From an uncultured virus (IMG/VR IMGVR_UViG_3300032007_000033) (Duplodnaviria; Heunggongvirae; Uroviricota; Caudoviricetes): a DNA stretch of 64,000 nucleotides. The notes below the pieces were generated by a model. The model searched no databases. It was not told the DNA's origin and was given only the letters and a program-made list of their open reading frames with translations. The stretch spans positions 1-64,000 of IMG/VR virus record IMGVR_UViG_3300032007_000033; one strand, written 5' to 3'. Shown in pieces: positions 8,738 to 18,776 of this stretch (positions are counted from its first letter, which is position 1; each line of letters starts with the position of its first letter). Both the position numbers and the translations under genes were made by a program.

Positions 8738-10438
8738 TTAATAATCCATGAAATGTTCCTTGAAATAATCCTCCCTTTCATAAGCCTTGGTCTTAAAGTA
8801 TTTGTAGGCAAGTTTTATTTTCGGCAACATATCAAGATATTTTTCCCTTTCTCGTCTGTCATTCAAATAATACCTCAAGTCTTTTTCCGTGGTCTGACTG
8901 ATGTTGAAGAATTCCGTTTTGTCCAACCAAATCGCGGTTCTTTTCCTCTTGGTGTCGTCATGCCATCTTTCCTCAAAATAAAGGATTTTATATCCCCAAT
9001 CTTCGTCATAATCCTTTATTTCGTAAACTTTGCTTCTATTCGGAATTCCCACCCATCTTCTTCTCCAATCCATATGATGCTCATAGATGAAATCCGAATC
9101 GTCGGTCGCTCTGCCGTAATAATTTTTAGAACCCCACAAGTCGGTGACGATGATTCTGTCGCCTATTTTGCTTCTGTCTCTGTTTTCTTGAAGATAACTT
9201 CTCCAACTAGGCATCGTGTTGTCGCCAATCAAATCTTTTCTTTCCTTATCGCGAACCAACACGATTTTTTCCTTGTCAAAAAGTCCGCATATGAGATTCG
9301 TCTTGAATTGGCAGTCCGTTCCGAGAATGTCGGTTCTGTCAAGAATGCCTTGAATCGCTATGAGAATGTATTTCCAAGGGAGAATGTTTTCCATGAAAGT
9401 TTCTTGGTCGAATTCTTCATCGCCGTTCCATTTCTTTCCCGCTTGAATGCTTTGTTCTTCTGTGGGAAACATCGTGTCGTCTCTTGACTCGACATCGGAG
9501 AAAATTCTATAGAGCCTTTCTCCGTTTCTTATGAGAAAATAACAGTTGGCGTTATATCCGTTGCACACCATGTTTTCCCATCTGTCGCCGTAGTCTTTTC
9601 CCCGCCTTTTGATTCGCCACATCACAATTCCGCGCTCCGACGGAATGAACATCTTGTAATTCTTGACAATCCATTCGTCAAAAAGATTGATGTTCTTGTA
9701 ATCAAAGTCGTCCGTTTCCACATAAGTGGTTTCCGTAATTTGCTCAAGATTCACGATTCCATATTCTTCGTCCATGAATCTAACGGCTTGGTACAAATGA
9801 ATGGGTTCGTCGCTCGTCTTTCCTTCGCCGATAAGTTCGACGACCTCTTCTTTCGCCCCAAGATATGTTTCGTACGCGCAAATCACGCGATATTTTCCTT
9901 TAAGCCATTTTTCCATTTCGGCAACTTGCAACTTCAATTCTTGCCTCTGTTTTTCAAGTTCAAGCATTTTCCTTTCGATTTCATTTCTGCAATCATTGAA
10001 ATCTTTCACCGTTTTGATTTTGCCTTCCTTGAATTCTTGCGGTAGGTTTTCGGAATAGGCTTTGACCGCGTCGTCTTTCAACAACGCTATTTCTTGGGAA
10101 TCCGCTTTCTGCCCTTTGGACGACAGTTTCTTTTCCACATCGTCAAAATTAAAGTTTTCAAATTCCGACACTTTGATTGTTTTCACGAGTTTATAATCTT
10201 CTTCCGTTTCAACATAGATGTTGATTTCGGCTTTATCATAACATCCGTCTTTAATGGCATATTTATTTGAATCATGATTGTATTCAGAAAGGCTATAGTC
10301 CGAGAGATATTTATAGATGTCGTCTTCCGTGTAAACAAATTTATATACGGCGAATTCAAAGGAGTCCGCTTCAATCCAAACGCCCTCAAGTCTCGGATAT
10401 CCGTTCGTTTCTTCTTTTCTGCCGAAAAAATATTTCAT
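8738..10438 (-). CDS. Large hypothetical phage protein with a coiled-coil segment
   Basis: 566-aa ORF with GGGAG RBS; no function recognised. Confidence 0.8.
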   Translation of the reverse strand: MKYFFGRKEETNGYPRLEGVWIEADSFEFAVYKFVYTEDDIYKYLSDYSLSEYNHDSNKYAIKDGCYDKAEINIYVETEEDYKLVKTIKVSEFENFNFDDVEKKLSSKGQKADSQEIALLKDDAVKAYSENLPQEFKEGKIKTVKDFNDCRNEIERKMLELEKQRQELKLQVAEMEKWLKGKYRVICAYETYLGAKEEVVELIGEGKTSDEPIHLYQAVRFMDEEYGIVNLEQITETTYVETDDFDYKNINLFDEWIVKNYKMFIPSERGIVMWRIKRRGKDYGDRWENMVCNGYNANCYFLIRNGERLYRIFSDVESRDDTMFPTEEQSIQAGKKWNGDEEFDQETFMENILPWKYILIAIQGILDRTDILGTDCQFKTNLICGLFDKEKIVLVRDKERKDLIGDNTMPSWRSYLQENRDRSKIGDRIIVTDLWGSKNYYGRATDDSDFIYEHHMDWRRRWVGIPNRSKVYEIKDYDEDWGYKILYFEERWHDDTKRKRTAIWLDKTEFFNISQTTEKDLRYYLNDRREREKYLDMLPKIKLAYKYFKTKAYEREDYFKEHFMDY

Positions 10439-10506
10439 GCGTCAAACTCCCATTTTAGTTGAGCCTTTAATCCATCAATTTCAGTTTTCATTAAAAATTA
10501 TCCCAA

Positions 10507-10890
10507 TTACATATCCAAATAATTCGGCATTTTAATGTCATTCAAACTAATTTCATCATTATTGTTCATATCCCACAACAAGCAAAGAACATCGAAATTA
10601 GTCAAACCTTCGGCAAACATTTTCTGATACTGTTTCTTCGGCTCGGATTTCAAAAATTTCACCAAAAGTTTTCTTTCTTTAGCGTTCAAAGTGTCGGTGT
10701 ACTGTCCATGAAAGAAATATTCATTGGCAAGCAATTTAACGCAACCTTGTTTTCCATTCTGCGGATTTCTGAAATGAAAATGAGGAATCGTGCCTTCTCC
10801 TTCATAGACCATCACTTCGTAATCGTCGAAGTTTCCGAGTCGAGCCATTTCTTCCAATCTGTGAATTTCTTTCATAATGGTTTCCTCCAA
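10507..10890 (-). CDS. DUF4160-like phage protein
   Basis: LEEMAR...VYEGEGTIPHFH motif; likely starts at the ATG near 10875. Confidence 0.6.
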   Translation of the reverse strand: MEETIMKEIHRLEEMARLGNFDDYEVMVYEGEGTIPHFHFRNPQNGKQGCVKLLANEYFFHGQYTDTLNAKERKLLVKFLKSEPKKQYQKMFAEGLTNFDVLCLLWDMNNNDEISLNDIKMPNYLDM

Positions 10891-10901
10891 GTTTCCGCGC
10901 C

Positions 10902-10930
10902 ATTATACACGCTTTCGTTCAATTTGTCAA
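10902..10930 (-). promoter_or_regulatory. Sigma70-type promoter
   Basis: TTGACA-N17-TATAAT, perfect. Confidence 0.85.
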
Positions 10931-11005
10931 TGAAAATTATCAAAAATTTAATGTTTATTTTCTTAGACAAAATTATTCAAAATGTCTAGGAATATCGACA
11001 TTATG

Positions 11006-11043
11006 AAAAACAAAGAGCGGAAAATATAAAACTTTCCGCTCTT
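11006..11043 (-). terminator. Intrinsic terminator
   Basis: AAGAGCGGAAA/TTTCCGCTCTT stem with a T-rich tail. Confidence 0.75.
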
Positions 11044-11077
11044 AGAAACTGTTCTTACTCTCGCAAGTTAGATAATT

Positions 11078-11503
11078 TTATTCGTCGTCTTCGTCAGATT
11101 CAAAATATCCTTGGCCTACACACCAATTATAAAATGATTCTTCCCCATCATCGAGATATTCTACTTTATCTTTAATAAAATCATTTTTGTTATGCTCAGA
11201 CAAAGAATAAAAATTGCCGTAACCGTTCACTACATAATATTCTTCATTTGGGTCAAAAGTATCTTTTGTATGAAAATCACCATTATAATATTGACCGCCA
11301 AAATATATTCGATTTAACAACCAATTCAAATCTTCTTTCTCTAAATAATATTCAAGGTCATCCATATCATGAATGTAATCTTCCCAATCACGACCAACAT
11401 CGTTGAGATATTCTTCTCCATATTCTTCCGCCATTTCATCAAAATCCCAACCTTTCGGGGCGTCGAATTTTTCAGTCATTCTTTTATCGTTCATAGTTTT
11501 CAC
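11078..11503 (-). CDS. Very acidic hypothetical protein
   Basis: D/E-rich; FDPNEEYYVVNGYGNF motif; AGGAG RBS; AACTAT motif upstream. Confidence 0.7.
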   Translation of the reverse strand: MKTMNDKRMTEKFDAPKGWDFDEMAEEYGEEYLNDVGRDWEDYIHDMDDLEYYLEKEDLNWLLNRIYFGGQYYNGDFHTKDTFDPNEEYYVVNGYGNFYSLSEHNKNDFIKDKVEYLDDGEESFYNWCVGQGYFESDEDDE

Positions 11504-11595
11504 TCTCCTTTTTCATTGTGAACTGAATATGATAATATAGTTATTTTTCCGCGTAAAAACGCCTAAGATTGGAAGGAAATCCAACTATCTTTCCC

Positions 11596-11775
11596 ATGAG
11601 CGTAAGCGAAATTTGCGCCTTGGTCGGAACGGTTCTGTCCTTGGCGGTTATTCTGTACAAACTAGGCCGTCTCTCTTCAAAGGTGGACTCCAACACACAT
11701 AGGTTGGACAGACACGAATCCGACTTGCGTGGCCTCAACGACAAGGTTTTCTCCTTGAAGTCAGAGCGGAAGTAG
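11596..11775 (+). CDS. Small single-TM plus coiled-coil protein (XhlA/holin-associated-like)
   Basis: MSVSEICALVGTVLSLAVILYKLGRL followed by an amphipathic helix; AACTAT 7 nt before the ATG. Confidence 0.6.
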   Translation: MSVSEICALVGTVLSLAVILYKLGRLSSKVDSNTHRLDRHESDLRGLNDKVFSLKSERK

Positions 11776-11798
11776 GAAAAAGCCTTGCAAGTTTTTAA

Positions 11799-12200
11799 TC
11801 AAAAAGGCTTTCTGTCCACATTTCCCAACTCGTCCGCCCACTTCTCAGGGTATCCTCGGTGATACCAATTGTATCTTTTTCGATACGCCCACTTTCTGTG
11901 GAACAGTCGGTCAAATATATTGCGAGCGAAGGAAGGAATTCCCACAACAAGAAGATATAGCCAACCCAACCTCTTGGACTGTTCGGAATGCCCCAACTCG
12001 TGCTTTAGGTTGTCTTTCGCCACATACAAATTCCGTTGGATAATCACATGGCTTCCCAAACTCACCGCGGAGTCGAAAAACTTTAGCCTAGTGAACACAT
12101 CCACATCGTTTATGGTCGTTTCGTACTTGCAAAAGAGCGAAACTGCGAATCCGACCAAGTTTTGCGGAAGTTGCCATATATATGAAAGAAATCGTTTCAT
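11799..12200 (-). CDS. Membrane protein with an HExxH (HELGH) zinc-peptidase-like motif
   Basis: WQLPQNLVG, AVSLG, HELGH, GWLYLLVVGIPS, EKWAD. Confidence 0.7.
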   Translation of the reverse strand: MKRFLSYIWQLPQNLVGFAVSLFCKYETTINDVDVFTRLKFFDSAVSLGSHVIIQRNLYVAKDNLKHELGHSEQSKRLGWLYLLVVGIPSFARNIFDRLFHRKWAYRKRYNWYHRGYPEKWADELGNVDRKPF

Positions 12201-12221
12201 TTAATCCTCCCTTGAAAAGCC

Positions 12222-15176
12222 CTACTTCAACATGTAGTCGAAGTAGTCTCCGTCCTCAAATCTGTCGTGTATGTAGAATGTCTTGAAGCCGTCGAAGTCC
12301 TTCATCTTCTTGCAATTTTTGACTTTCAAGTTTTCCAAGATGTAGTTTTTCGTCTTTTTCTCGACCTTCATCGACTCTAGAAATTCCTTGATTATTTCCT
12401 TCGCGTGCTTGGCTATGCTCCGCTTTCCTTTTTCCTTCAAGTATGAGGGAAGGCATAGGCACACGCATTTTATAGCCCAAGTCATGATGAAGTTGTGCTT
12501 GTTGTCGTTTATCGTTATTTCCACCAACATGCTACAACTCCCACTCTATGTCGGATAATATCGCTTCGATTTCACCCTTGTCCTCGAATTCCATTCCGTC
12601 AAGTTGCTTGCGCATTCTCTTGATGTAAGAGCGGATTTCCTCCAATTTACATTCCAATTCTCCGACTTGGGCTTCCAACTGCTCGTTGTCGTCCTCTAGT
12701 TCGAAAAGTTTGTCCGAAGCCCACTCTTGTTCGCCAATCCATTCGGACAACGGCTCGCACAAGTCTTCGACATGACGGCTCACATCCGCGAAGTTAGGCT
12801 CAATCCCTAAACCTCTCAAATAGTCCATCTCCATGTTCTCCATTTTAGGGGATATTGTGTCCCAATTCAACTCATCCATATCGTTTTCCTTCTTACATTT
12901 CCAACGCTTCATAGATTTCCTCGTCCACATCGATTTGGAAACCCTTGTTGGCTCGGTATTCCCAAATCACATCGTCCCAAACATTGAACTTCTTGGGGTC
13001 TTCCCTCAAGAGCCTAGACAAGACGACCTTGCCGTCCTCAATCTTGGCCAAGGCCTCATAGTTCTTTCCTTGCAAACTGAACGAAACGCACTCGCCCATA
13101 CATTCCTCCTACCAATCTCCGTCGTAATCCAACACTGTTATCACTAACTTGTCATGCTTGCTTCTGAACGAATAGGTTAATTTTTTGTTGGACTTGTTGT
13201 CAATCATTATGAAATTCGCTCTTTTCATTATTCTATAGTCGGACGAACTTTTCCATTTCTTGCCCTTCTCCACGATAGGAGTCTTTGTCAAGAAAACCCA
13301 ACCTTCCTTCAATCTTCCCACATTTACATTAGTCAAACTGACATTGACATCCACGCTTCCGTCCAATTCCTCTGGAACATGGACATACACCTTGAACGCG
13401 TCCGCTTCCGAAGACTCGTTGACTACGATGATTTCTTCGTCCGCATCCTCGTTGAATGGAAATTCCATAGGCTCGCAGAAAACTGAAAACGAGAGCAAAA
13501 GCAAGGAAACCGCAAGAATGGCACTTTTCATTGTCAAGCCTCCTCCCTTTTCCAATCCTCGACTTTCATGTCCAAGGCTTGTTTCAAGTCTTTCTTCAAC
13601 GAGTCCATTTTGGATTTCCAATACATTTCACCAGAGCCTCCGACGAAGCGGTTGGGGTATTCCAATCCGTCCTCCGCTCCCTTGATGTAGTTTGAGTTGA
13701 GCGAGATTCTGTAGCCCTTGAATGTCTTGTCGTCTCCGTTTCCGAAATCCAAGTTCAAGTGAACCACATGGCTTTTTCCCAAGCAGATGTTGGCGGAAGA
13801 GTTTAGCGAGAATGAAAATTCCTTCCCTTTTTCAAGACCCACTCTCATGGAGTCGTCCGCAATTTCTTCGAACCCCTCCGCTACCAACATTTCTTTGACC
13901 GCCTCGACGGTCTTTCTAATCTCCGAAACATACTTCACGAACATATTTTTTTTCAATTTCCTCCTATGAAAATCTCGATTAAAATCGCGGAAGCCCCGCA
14001 AGCCAAGCCGAACAGAATCAAAGGCCACTCTGTCCAAAATTCCGCTCACAATCCCACCTCTTCGTAAACTTTCTTGAACGACGCTTCCTTGGCCTTCATC
14101 ACCCTATAGGAATACCTAGCCAACTCGTCGTCCTCGAAAGTCGGTCGGTTTCTCAATGTGCCCCAACCCTTGAAGTTGCCCTTGAATTTCCTTTGTATTG
14201 CGTAGCCTTGGTCGTAGAACTCTTGAAGTTGCTCGGCGGTGTAGCGGTTCTCATAGGACAAGTCCCTTTCCTTGAAGCGGATTTTATTGACCTCATTGAC
14301 CGTCATTTCAATCGCTCGAACCACATTCTCGCATTCCTTGGAAAGGGATGTCGTCTTGGCGTATTCTTTCACGATTTTCTCGACCTTGATTAAAGCCGAG
14401 TTTACTTCGCTCAATTTGCCCATTCCCTAACTCCAATCGAAAAGGGTGGGGAACAAAGAGAAGTCCACTTTCCAAATCTTGCGGAGAATGACCTCGCAGA
14501 AAAGGAAGTTCAAGAGAAAGATTCCGCACAAGACGAAGAACGGAACCGCCGTGGCAATCACCAAAATCTCGCTCGTTCCGAACACATAGCCCACGAACAA
14601 CCCTACCGCCAACAGAGGGAGCGAAACCGCACCCAACGACCAAAACACTTTCTCGAAAATGTTCATTTCCTTCCTCCAAGGCCGACTTTGTCCGCCACGG
14701 CCTTCAACTCCAAGTAACTTTCCTTCAACTTGGCGTAGTCCTCGTCGCCTTGGAACGCCTCTTCGAATTCCTCAATCGACTTCACTTTCATCAGTTTGAG
14801 CGTCTTTTCCTTGGTCTTTTCGTCCATTCCTCTTCTGTCCAAGAATTCCTCGAATGTGGACGGCCATCTCTCTTCCTTCTTCGCCATTTTTTTTCTATCC
14901 CTCCAACAGTTGGGAAAGCAAGAACCTTATGTCCGCGATGTAGGCCACGCTTTCGCCCTTAGAATTTTCCACAATGTATGTTTCCGAGTCGTGCTTGCGG
15001 AATCTGACCGACTCGAATGTCGACTTGTTCATCAAGTTCAATCCGTTTCCCTTGTCCACGAAGACCGCCACCTTGTCGCCTTCGCTCAACTTGATTTTGA
15101 CTCCGTTCCATTCCACTGTCGCTTTTTCCATAAGAAATTCCTCCTTTCCCATCGGATTTCTACCGCATATTACCAT
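12222..15176 (-). other. Operon of about nine short hypothetical ORFs, including a signal-peptide protein at 13109..13531
   Basis: Abutting or overlapping ORFs; MKSAILAVSLLLLSFSVFC leader; promoter TTGACA-N17-TAATAT at 15167-15195. Confidence 0.65.
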
Positions 15177-15249
15177 ATAATGGGGATTTTGTCAAGCGTT
15201 TTTGCCAAAATTCGCAACTATTTTAATCATTCCAAAAACGGAGGAATCT

Positions 15250-16065
15250 ATGAAAACAGGAAAATTGGTCGAAAATTTCAAGAACAGAAAAATTTTCGAA
15301 TGGAACGGAAAGGAATACTCCTACGACGAAATCTACAACTTGATAAAGGACTTGGATTATGTGAAGAGCGGAGAGGACTGCGATTGGCGGATTATAAGGG
15401 TGCGCGACATAAAGGACGGACGAGACTGCTACTGCTTGGCCTTCCAAGACTCGCGCTCGACGACGGATTGGATACACAACTTCATGTTCTTGCCTCGCTC
15501 CACCAAGGCCTACAAAGGATGGAGGAACAGGTTGAAGTTCGTGAAAGGCTTCTTCAAGGAATACCAATCGGCTAGGGACGAGATACACTCGAACCTTTCG
15601 CTCCTTTTGCAAGACATGGCGATTGAGCAAGATTGCGCGATTTCCGCCTTGAAGGTGTATGTGATAGGCTTCTCCTTGGGAGCGTCCATAGCCCCAATCG
15701 CTTGCGAGGACTTGAACTTCACTTACGGAGTGAACCCTGTCCTAATAGGATACGAGGGGGCGGAGTGTTGCTCGAACAACCACACTAGGAATGTGGTGGC
15801 CGACTCTTTGAACCAAGACGAGTCAATCTCTTTCGTGTTCGCCCAAGACATAGTGCCTAGATGCCCCTTCTGCTTCGGAAGGAAACTGAAAGACTTCATC
15901 TACTTCTTGGACGACGGAACGGTGAAATTCCCCTTTAAATTCATAAAGTGGCTAGTTTCCACCATAACGAAGACCCCTTGGTATCACGCCAATGTCGACG
16001 AGGGAATATTGAGATACATGCCTTGGGACGAAAGCGAGTTGGCCAAGGCGGACAGAGGGGAGTAG
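15250..16065 (+). CDS. Class-3 lipase-like alpha/beta hydrolase
   Basis: LAFQDS...DWIHNF, GF motif, GFSLG nucleophile elbow, DIVPRCP, C-terminal His; GGAGG RBS. Confidence 0.85.
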   Translation: MKTGKLVENFKNRKIFEWNGKEYSYDEIYNLIKDLDYVKSGEDCDWRIIRVRDIKDGRDCYCLAFQDSRSTTDWIHNFMFLPRSTKAYKGWRNRLKFVKGFFKEYQSARDEIHSNLSLLLQDMAIEQDCAISALKVYVIGFSLGASIAPIACEDLNFTYGVNPVLIGYEGAECCSNNHTRNVVADSLNQDESISFVFAQDIVPRCPFCFGRKLKDFIYFLDDGTVKFPFKFIKWLVSTITKTPWYHANVDEGILRYMPWDESELAKADRGE

Positions 16066-16071
16066 GGCTTT

Positions 16072-16767
16072 ATGGAAGATTTTTTGTGTTTCGACGACAA
16101 AGACTTGGTTGAAAGAGTCCGAGAGTTGGCCGACGAGTATTTCTACGACTTTCCGCTAATCGTGCACGACGCTTATTTCGGAAAGAAATCCAATTCCATC
16201 ATGGGTCAAGCGATTCCCTTGGACGGAATTCCTTCGCAGAACATCGCGGAGATGAACTTGAAGGAAGTCGAAGGAAACCCCAAGAGCGTGGCTTGCGACA
16301 TCGAAATCAACGGCCATTTCAAGGGCTTGAATGTGGACGAAACCCTTTTGCATGAAATGGTGCATTGCGTGAACTTCGCGGAAGGGGATTGGAATGCCAA
16401 CCACGGAAAGAAGTTCAAGGAAGTGGCGGAGGCCATAGGAAAGAGGAGCGGACATGACTTCTCGTCCACTAGCGGAGACGACTACTTGAACACGCTTCTG
16501 TCGTCAATCAATCTGTTGAAGAAACTCAAGAAAGAGCCGTCGAACATGGTGTTCTCTAGAAAGGTGTTGAAGAGTTACATGAAATTTGAGGACATCTACA
16601 CCAAGACTATTGACGAACTCAACTCAATATACGAGGGTTGCGGAGACTTGATGGCCGATTTGGTTGAGAATGGCGATGTGGACTCTGAAAAGGACTTGAA
16701 CGAGTGCGCGGACGAGATGGACAAAATTTTGCCCAAACCGCAGTTGAGATGGTGGAACTTCAAATAG
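16072..16767 (+). CDS. SprT-like zinc metalloprotease
   Basis: TLLHEMVH...HGKKFK. Confidence 0.8.
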   Translation: MEDFLCFDDKDLVERVRELADEYFYDFPLIVHDAYFGKKSNSIMGQAIPLDGIPSQNIAEMNLKEVEGNPKSVACDIEINGHFKGLNVDETLLHEMVHCVNFAEGDWNANHGKKFKEVAEAIGKRSGHDFSSTSGDDYLNTLLSSINLLKKLKKEPSNMVFSRKVLKSYMKFEDIYTKTIDELNSIYEGCGDLMADLVENGDVDSEKDLNECADEMDKILPKPQLRWWNFK

Positions 16768-16790
16768 GAAACGGTTGATGTGGAATGAAG

Positions 16791-16822
16791 AAAGCCCCGC
16801 AAGTGATTTGCGAGGCTTTTTT
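16791..16822 (+). terminator. Intrinsic terminator (possibly bidirectional)
   Basis: AAAGCCcCGCAA/TTGCGaGGCTTT stem with a T-run. Confidence 0.75.
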
Positions 16823-17009
16823 GTTCTCAATCCACAACATTCACAATTTTATTTTTCTTAAACTTGTTCTTGAGATTTTCGACCACGACTTGAAGAAAAT
16901 TTTTCGTACAATAACAAGCGGTCAGACCAATTATATCTTTGTTTTTGCAGATTCGACAAGGATTAAAAAATCCTTTAGCGTTTCCTAGAATGCATCTGCT
17001 CATAGTTTT

Positions 17010-17669
17010 TTAATCGCTCCATTTCCAAGACAATCTTATGGCGTCATTTATGTTGATTCCATGATAGACCAAAACATCTTCCAAATCGGAAGTTAGAGAA
17101 TTTGAACAAGTTAAATAATCCTCATTGGTGTGATTTATCAAACATTTGTTTATGGCATCGTTTAATGCTTGTGATGAATTCCCATATCCCATTTTTTCCA
17201 ATCGCCATTTAATAGAATCTTTAATCCAAGAAGAAAATTCTATGCACATTGGATTTTTGAGAAAATCGCCTTCGAATGTTTTTAATGTACTACTCATTAT
17301 TTTTTGCTCCTTTAAAAATTGCTCTGCTTGTTTATAAGTATCAAACTTTTCTTGTTCGTAACAGTATATGGCTCGTTCTTTACTTTCTTTGAAGTCTACA
17401 GTATCATCAATCAAATCTCTTACAATTCCTTTTGCAAGGAATAAAGATTTTGACAATTTTTCTATAAGTTCTTTTGCTTCAGTAAGTTGCTCTTTATTAA
17501 AACTGTTGCTTGCATTAAGTACACTTAATCCTTTTTTCAGTTCTGCATTTTCCGCTTCAAGTTCTGAAAGGTTCTTACAGATAATCTCAAATCCTTGTTG
17601 TAGTGTCGAGTCTTTAAGCGCCATAGATATTGCGCCCATAACAGATGAACGCGCTTCGTCTTTAGTCAT
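17010..17669 (-). CDS. Hypothetical coiled-coil protein, probable fusion of two small genes
   Basis: QLTEAKELI...KQAEQFLKE family ending, followed by a new MSSTLK segment. Confidence 0.65.
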   Translation of the reverse strand: MTKDEARSSVMGAISMALKDSTLQQGFEIICKNLSELEAENAELKKGLSVLNASNSFNKEQLTEAKELIEKLSKSLFLAKGIVRDLIDDTVDFKESKERAIYCYEQEKFDTYKQAEQFLKEQKIMSSTLKTFEGDFLKNPMCIEFSSWIKDSIKWRLEKMGYGNSSQALNDAINKCLINHTNEDYLTCSNSLTSDLEDVLVYHGININDAIRLSWKWSD

Positions 17670-17971
17670 TTTCTATTATCTCCCATCTAATGTTAAAATA
17701 ACATCCGCTACCTTATGTATAAACTGTTGAAAATCCATAAGTTAATCCTCTGCCTAATTCAAATTACGCAATGAAAATTCCGAACCACATTTTAAAATAG
17801 GGTCTTTGCATTTATAATATCGAATAAAGCAAGAGTTTCTAATTTTGAAGCGCACATAAATTTTTGTCTTGTGTTAGATGCCTTCACTTCAATCATATTC
17901 AATCTCCTTACAGATATAAATATATCATAAAAGAGATTGAATGTCAAGGAAAATTATTAAAAATGTTAAAT

Positions 17972-18002
17972 AAAAAATCCGCCCAAAAAATGAGCGGATT
18001 TC
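17972..18002 (-). terminator. Intrinsic terminator
   Basis: AAATCCGC/GCGGATTT stem with a T-run. Confidence 0.7.
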
Positions 18003-18018
18003 ATAATATGATGCTAAT

Positions 18019-18615
18019 TTATCGTTTATTTATTTGATACAAAATTTTATTACAAAGGTCTTCGACTTCTTCAATCTTTCTTTTTAATTCTTTCAAACTT
18101 TTATCACTATAATTACTCTGATAATCGTCCATAGCATAAATTAATTGTTTAGTTGAACCTTTACACATCGCAAGCAAATCATCGTTTATCAAATCGTAAT
18201 TAGATTCTTTCAGACTTCTCTTTGTTGTTCCTTTTATAGATTCTTCAAACTTGAAGAAATAATCTTCAATGTTAGAACTGATTACTTTATATGAATAATC
18301 AACATCATATTTTGCAAAATGCCAACTTCCAAGGTGGTCGTCTGTATATGATGCGCCGTCAGTATAATGTCTTATGATGTCTGCCCATCCACCCTCATCA
18401 AATGTAAAGAACAACCTTACAGGGAAATTATGATTCTCTGCTACAATATAACAGTTATCTTGACCATAATCAGCCTTAAACCACCAATCTTTCTTGAACT
18501 CTTTTGTAAGATATTCAACCATTCTCTTGAGATTAATATGAATCAAGAAATAAGCATATGTATCATCAGACCAATCGTCATCTCTCGGTTCAACTTTCCA
18601 ATCGTATCTTGCCAT
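18019..18615 (-). CDS. Hypothetical protein
   Basis: AGGAG RBS; AACTAT motif at 18657-18662. Confidence 0.75.
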   Translation of the reverse strand: MARYDWKVEPRDDDWSDDTYAYFLIHINLKRMVEYLTKEFKKDWWFKADYGQDNCYIVAENHNFPVRLFFTFDEGGWADIIRHYTDGASYTDDHLGSWHFAKYDVDYSYKVISSNIEDYFFKFEESIKGTTKRSLKESNYDLINDDLLAMCKGSTKQLIYAMDDYQSNYSDKSLKELKRKIEEVEDLCNKILYQINKR

Positions 18616-18693
18616 AAATTTATCTCCTAAATTAATTTTCAGTTTTTATATGTTAAATAGTTAATTTTCAAAATACATATTTAAAAAAAATTA

Positions 18694-18762
18694 AAGAGGT
18701 GTGGTCGAACGAGATTAGCGATTCAACCAATGTTTAGGGTAACGACCTAAACTTCACCTCTT
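18694..18762 (-). ncRNA. Candidate small three-way-junction RNA
   Basis: Closing stem AAGAGGTG/CACCTCTT; hairpins GTTTAGG/CCTAAAC and GGTTGAA/TTCGACC; AACTAT upstream and T-run downstream. Confidence 0.5.
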
Positions 18763-18776
18763 GTAATTTTCAATAG

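Noticed and set aside
8753..9487. Long plus-strand ORFs antisense to real genes (also 19822..20436, 21762..22265, 26965..27561 and others)
   Set aside because: Shadow frames of minus-strand genes, with Phe/Ser/Leu-rich composition and no RBS.
17670..17900. Possible ncRNA in an apparent gap
   Set aside because: Reads as short or degraded minus-strand ORFs with RBSs behind a sigma70 promoter; no convincing structure.
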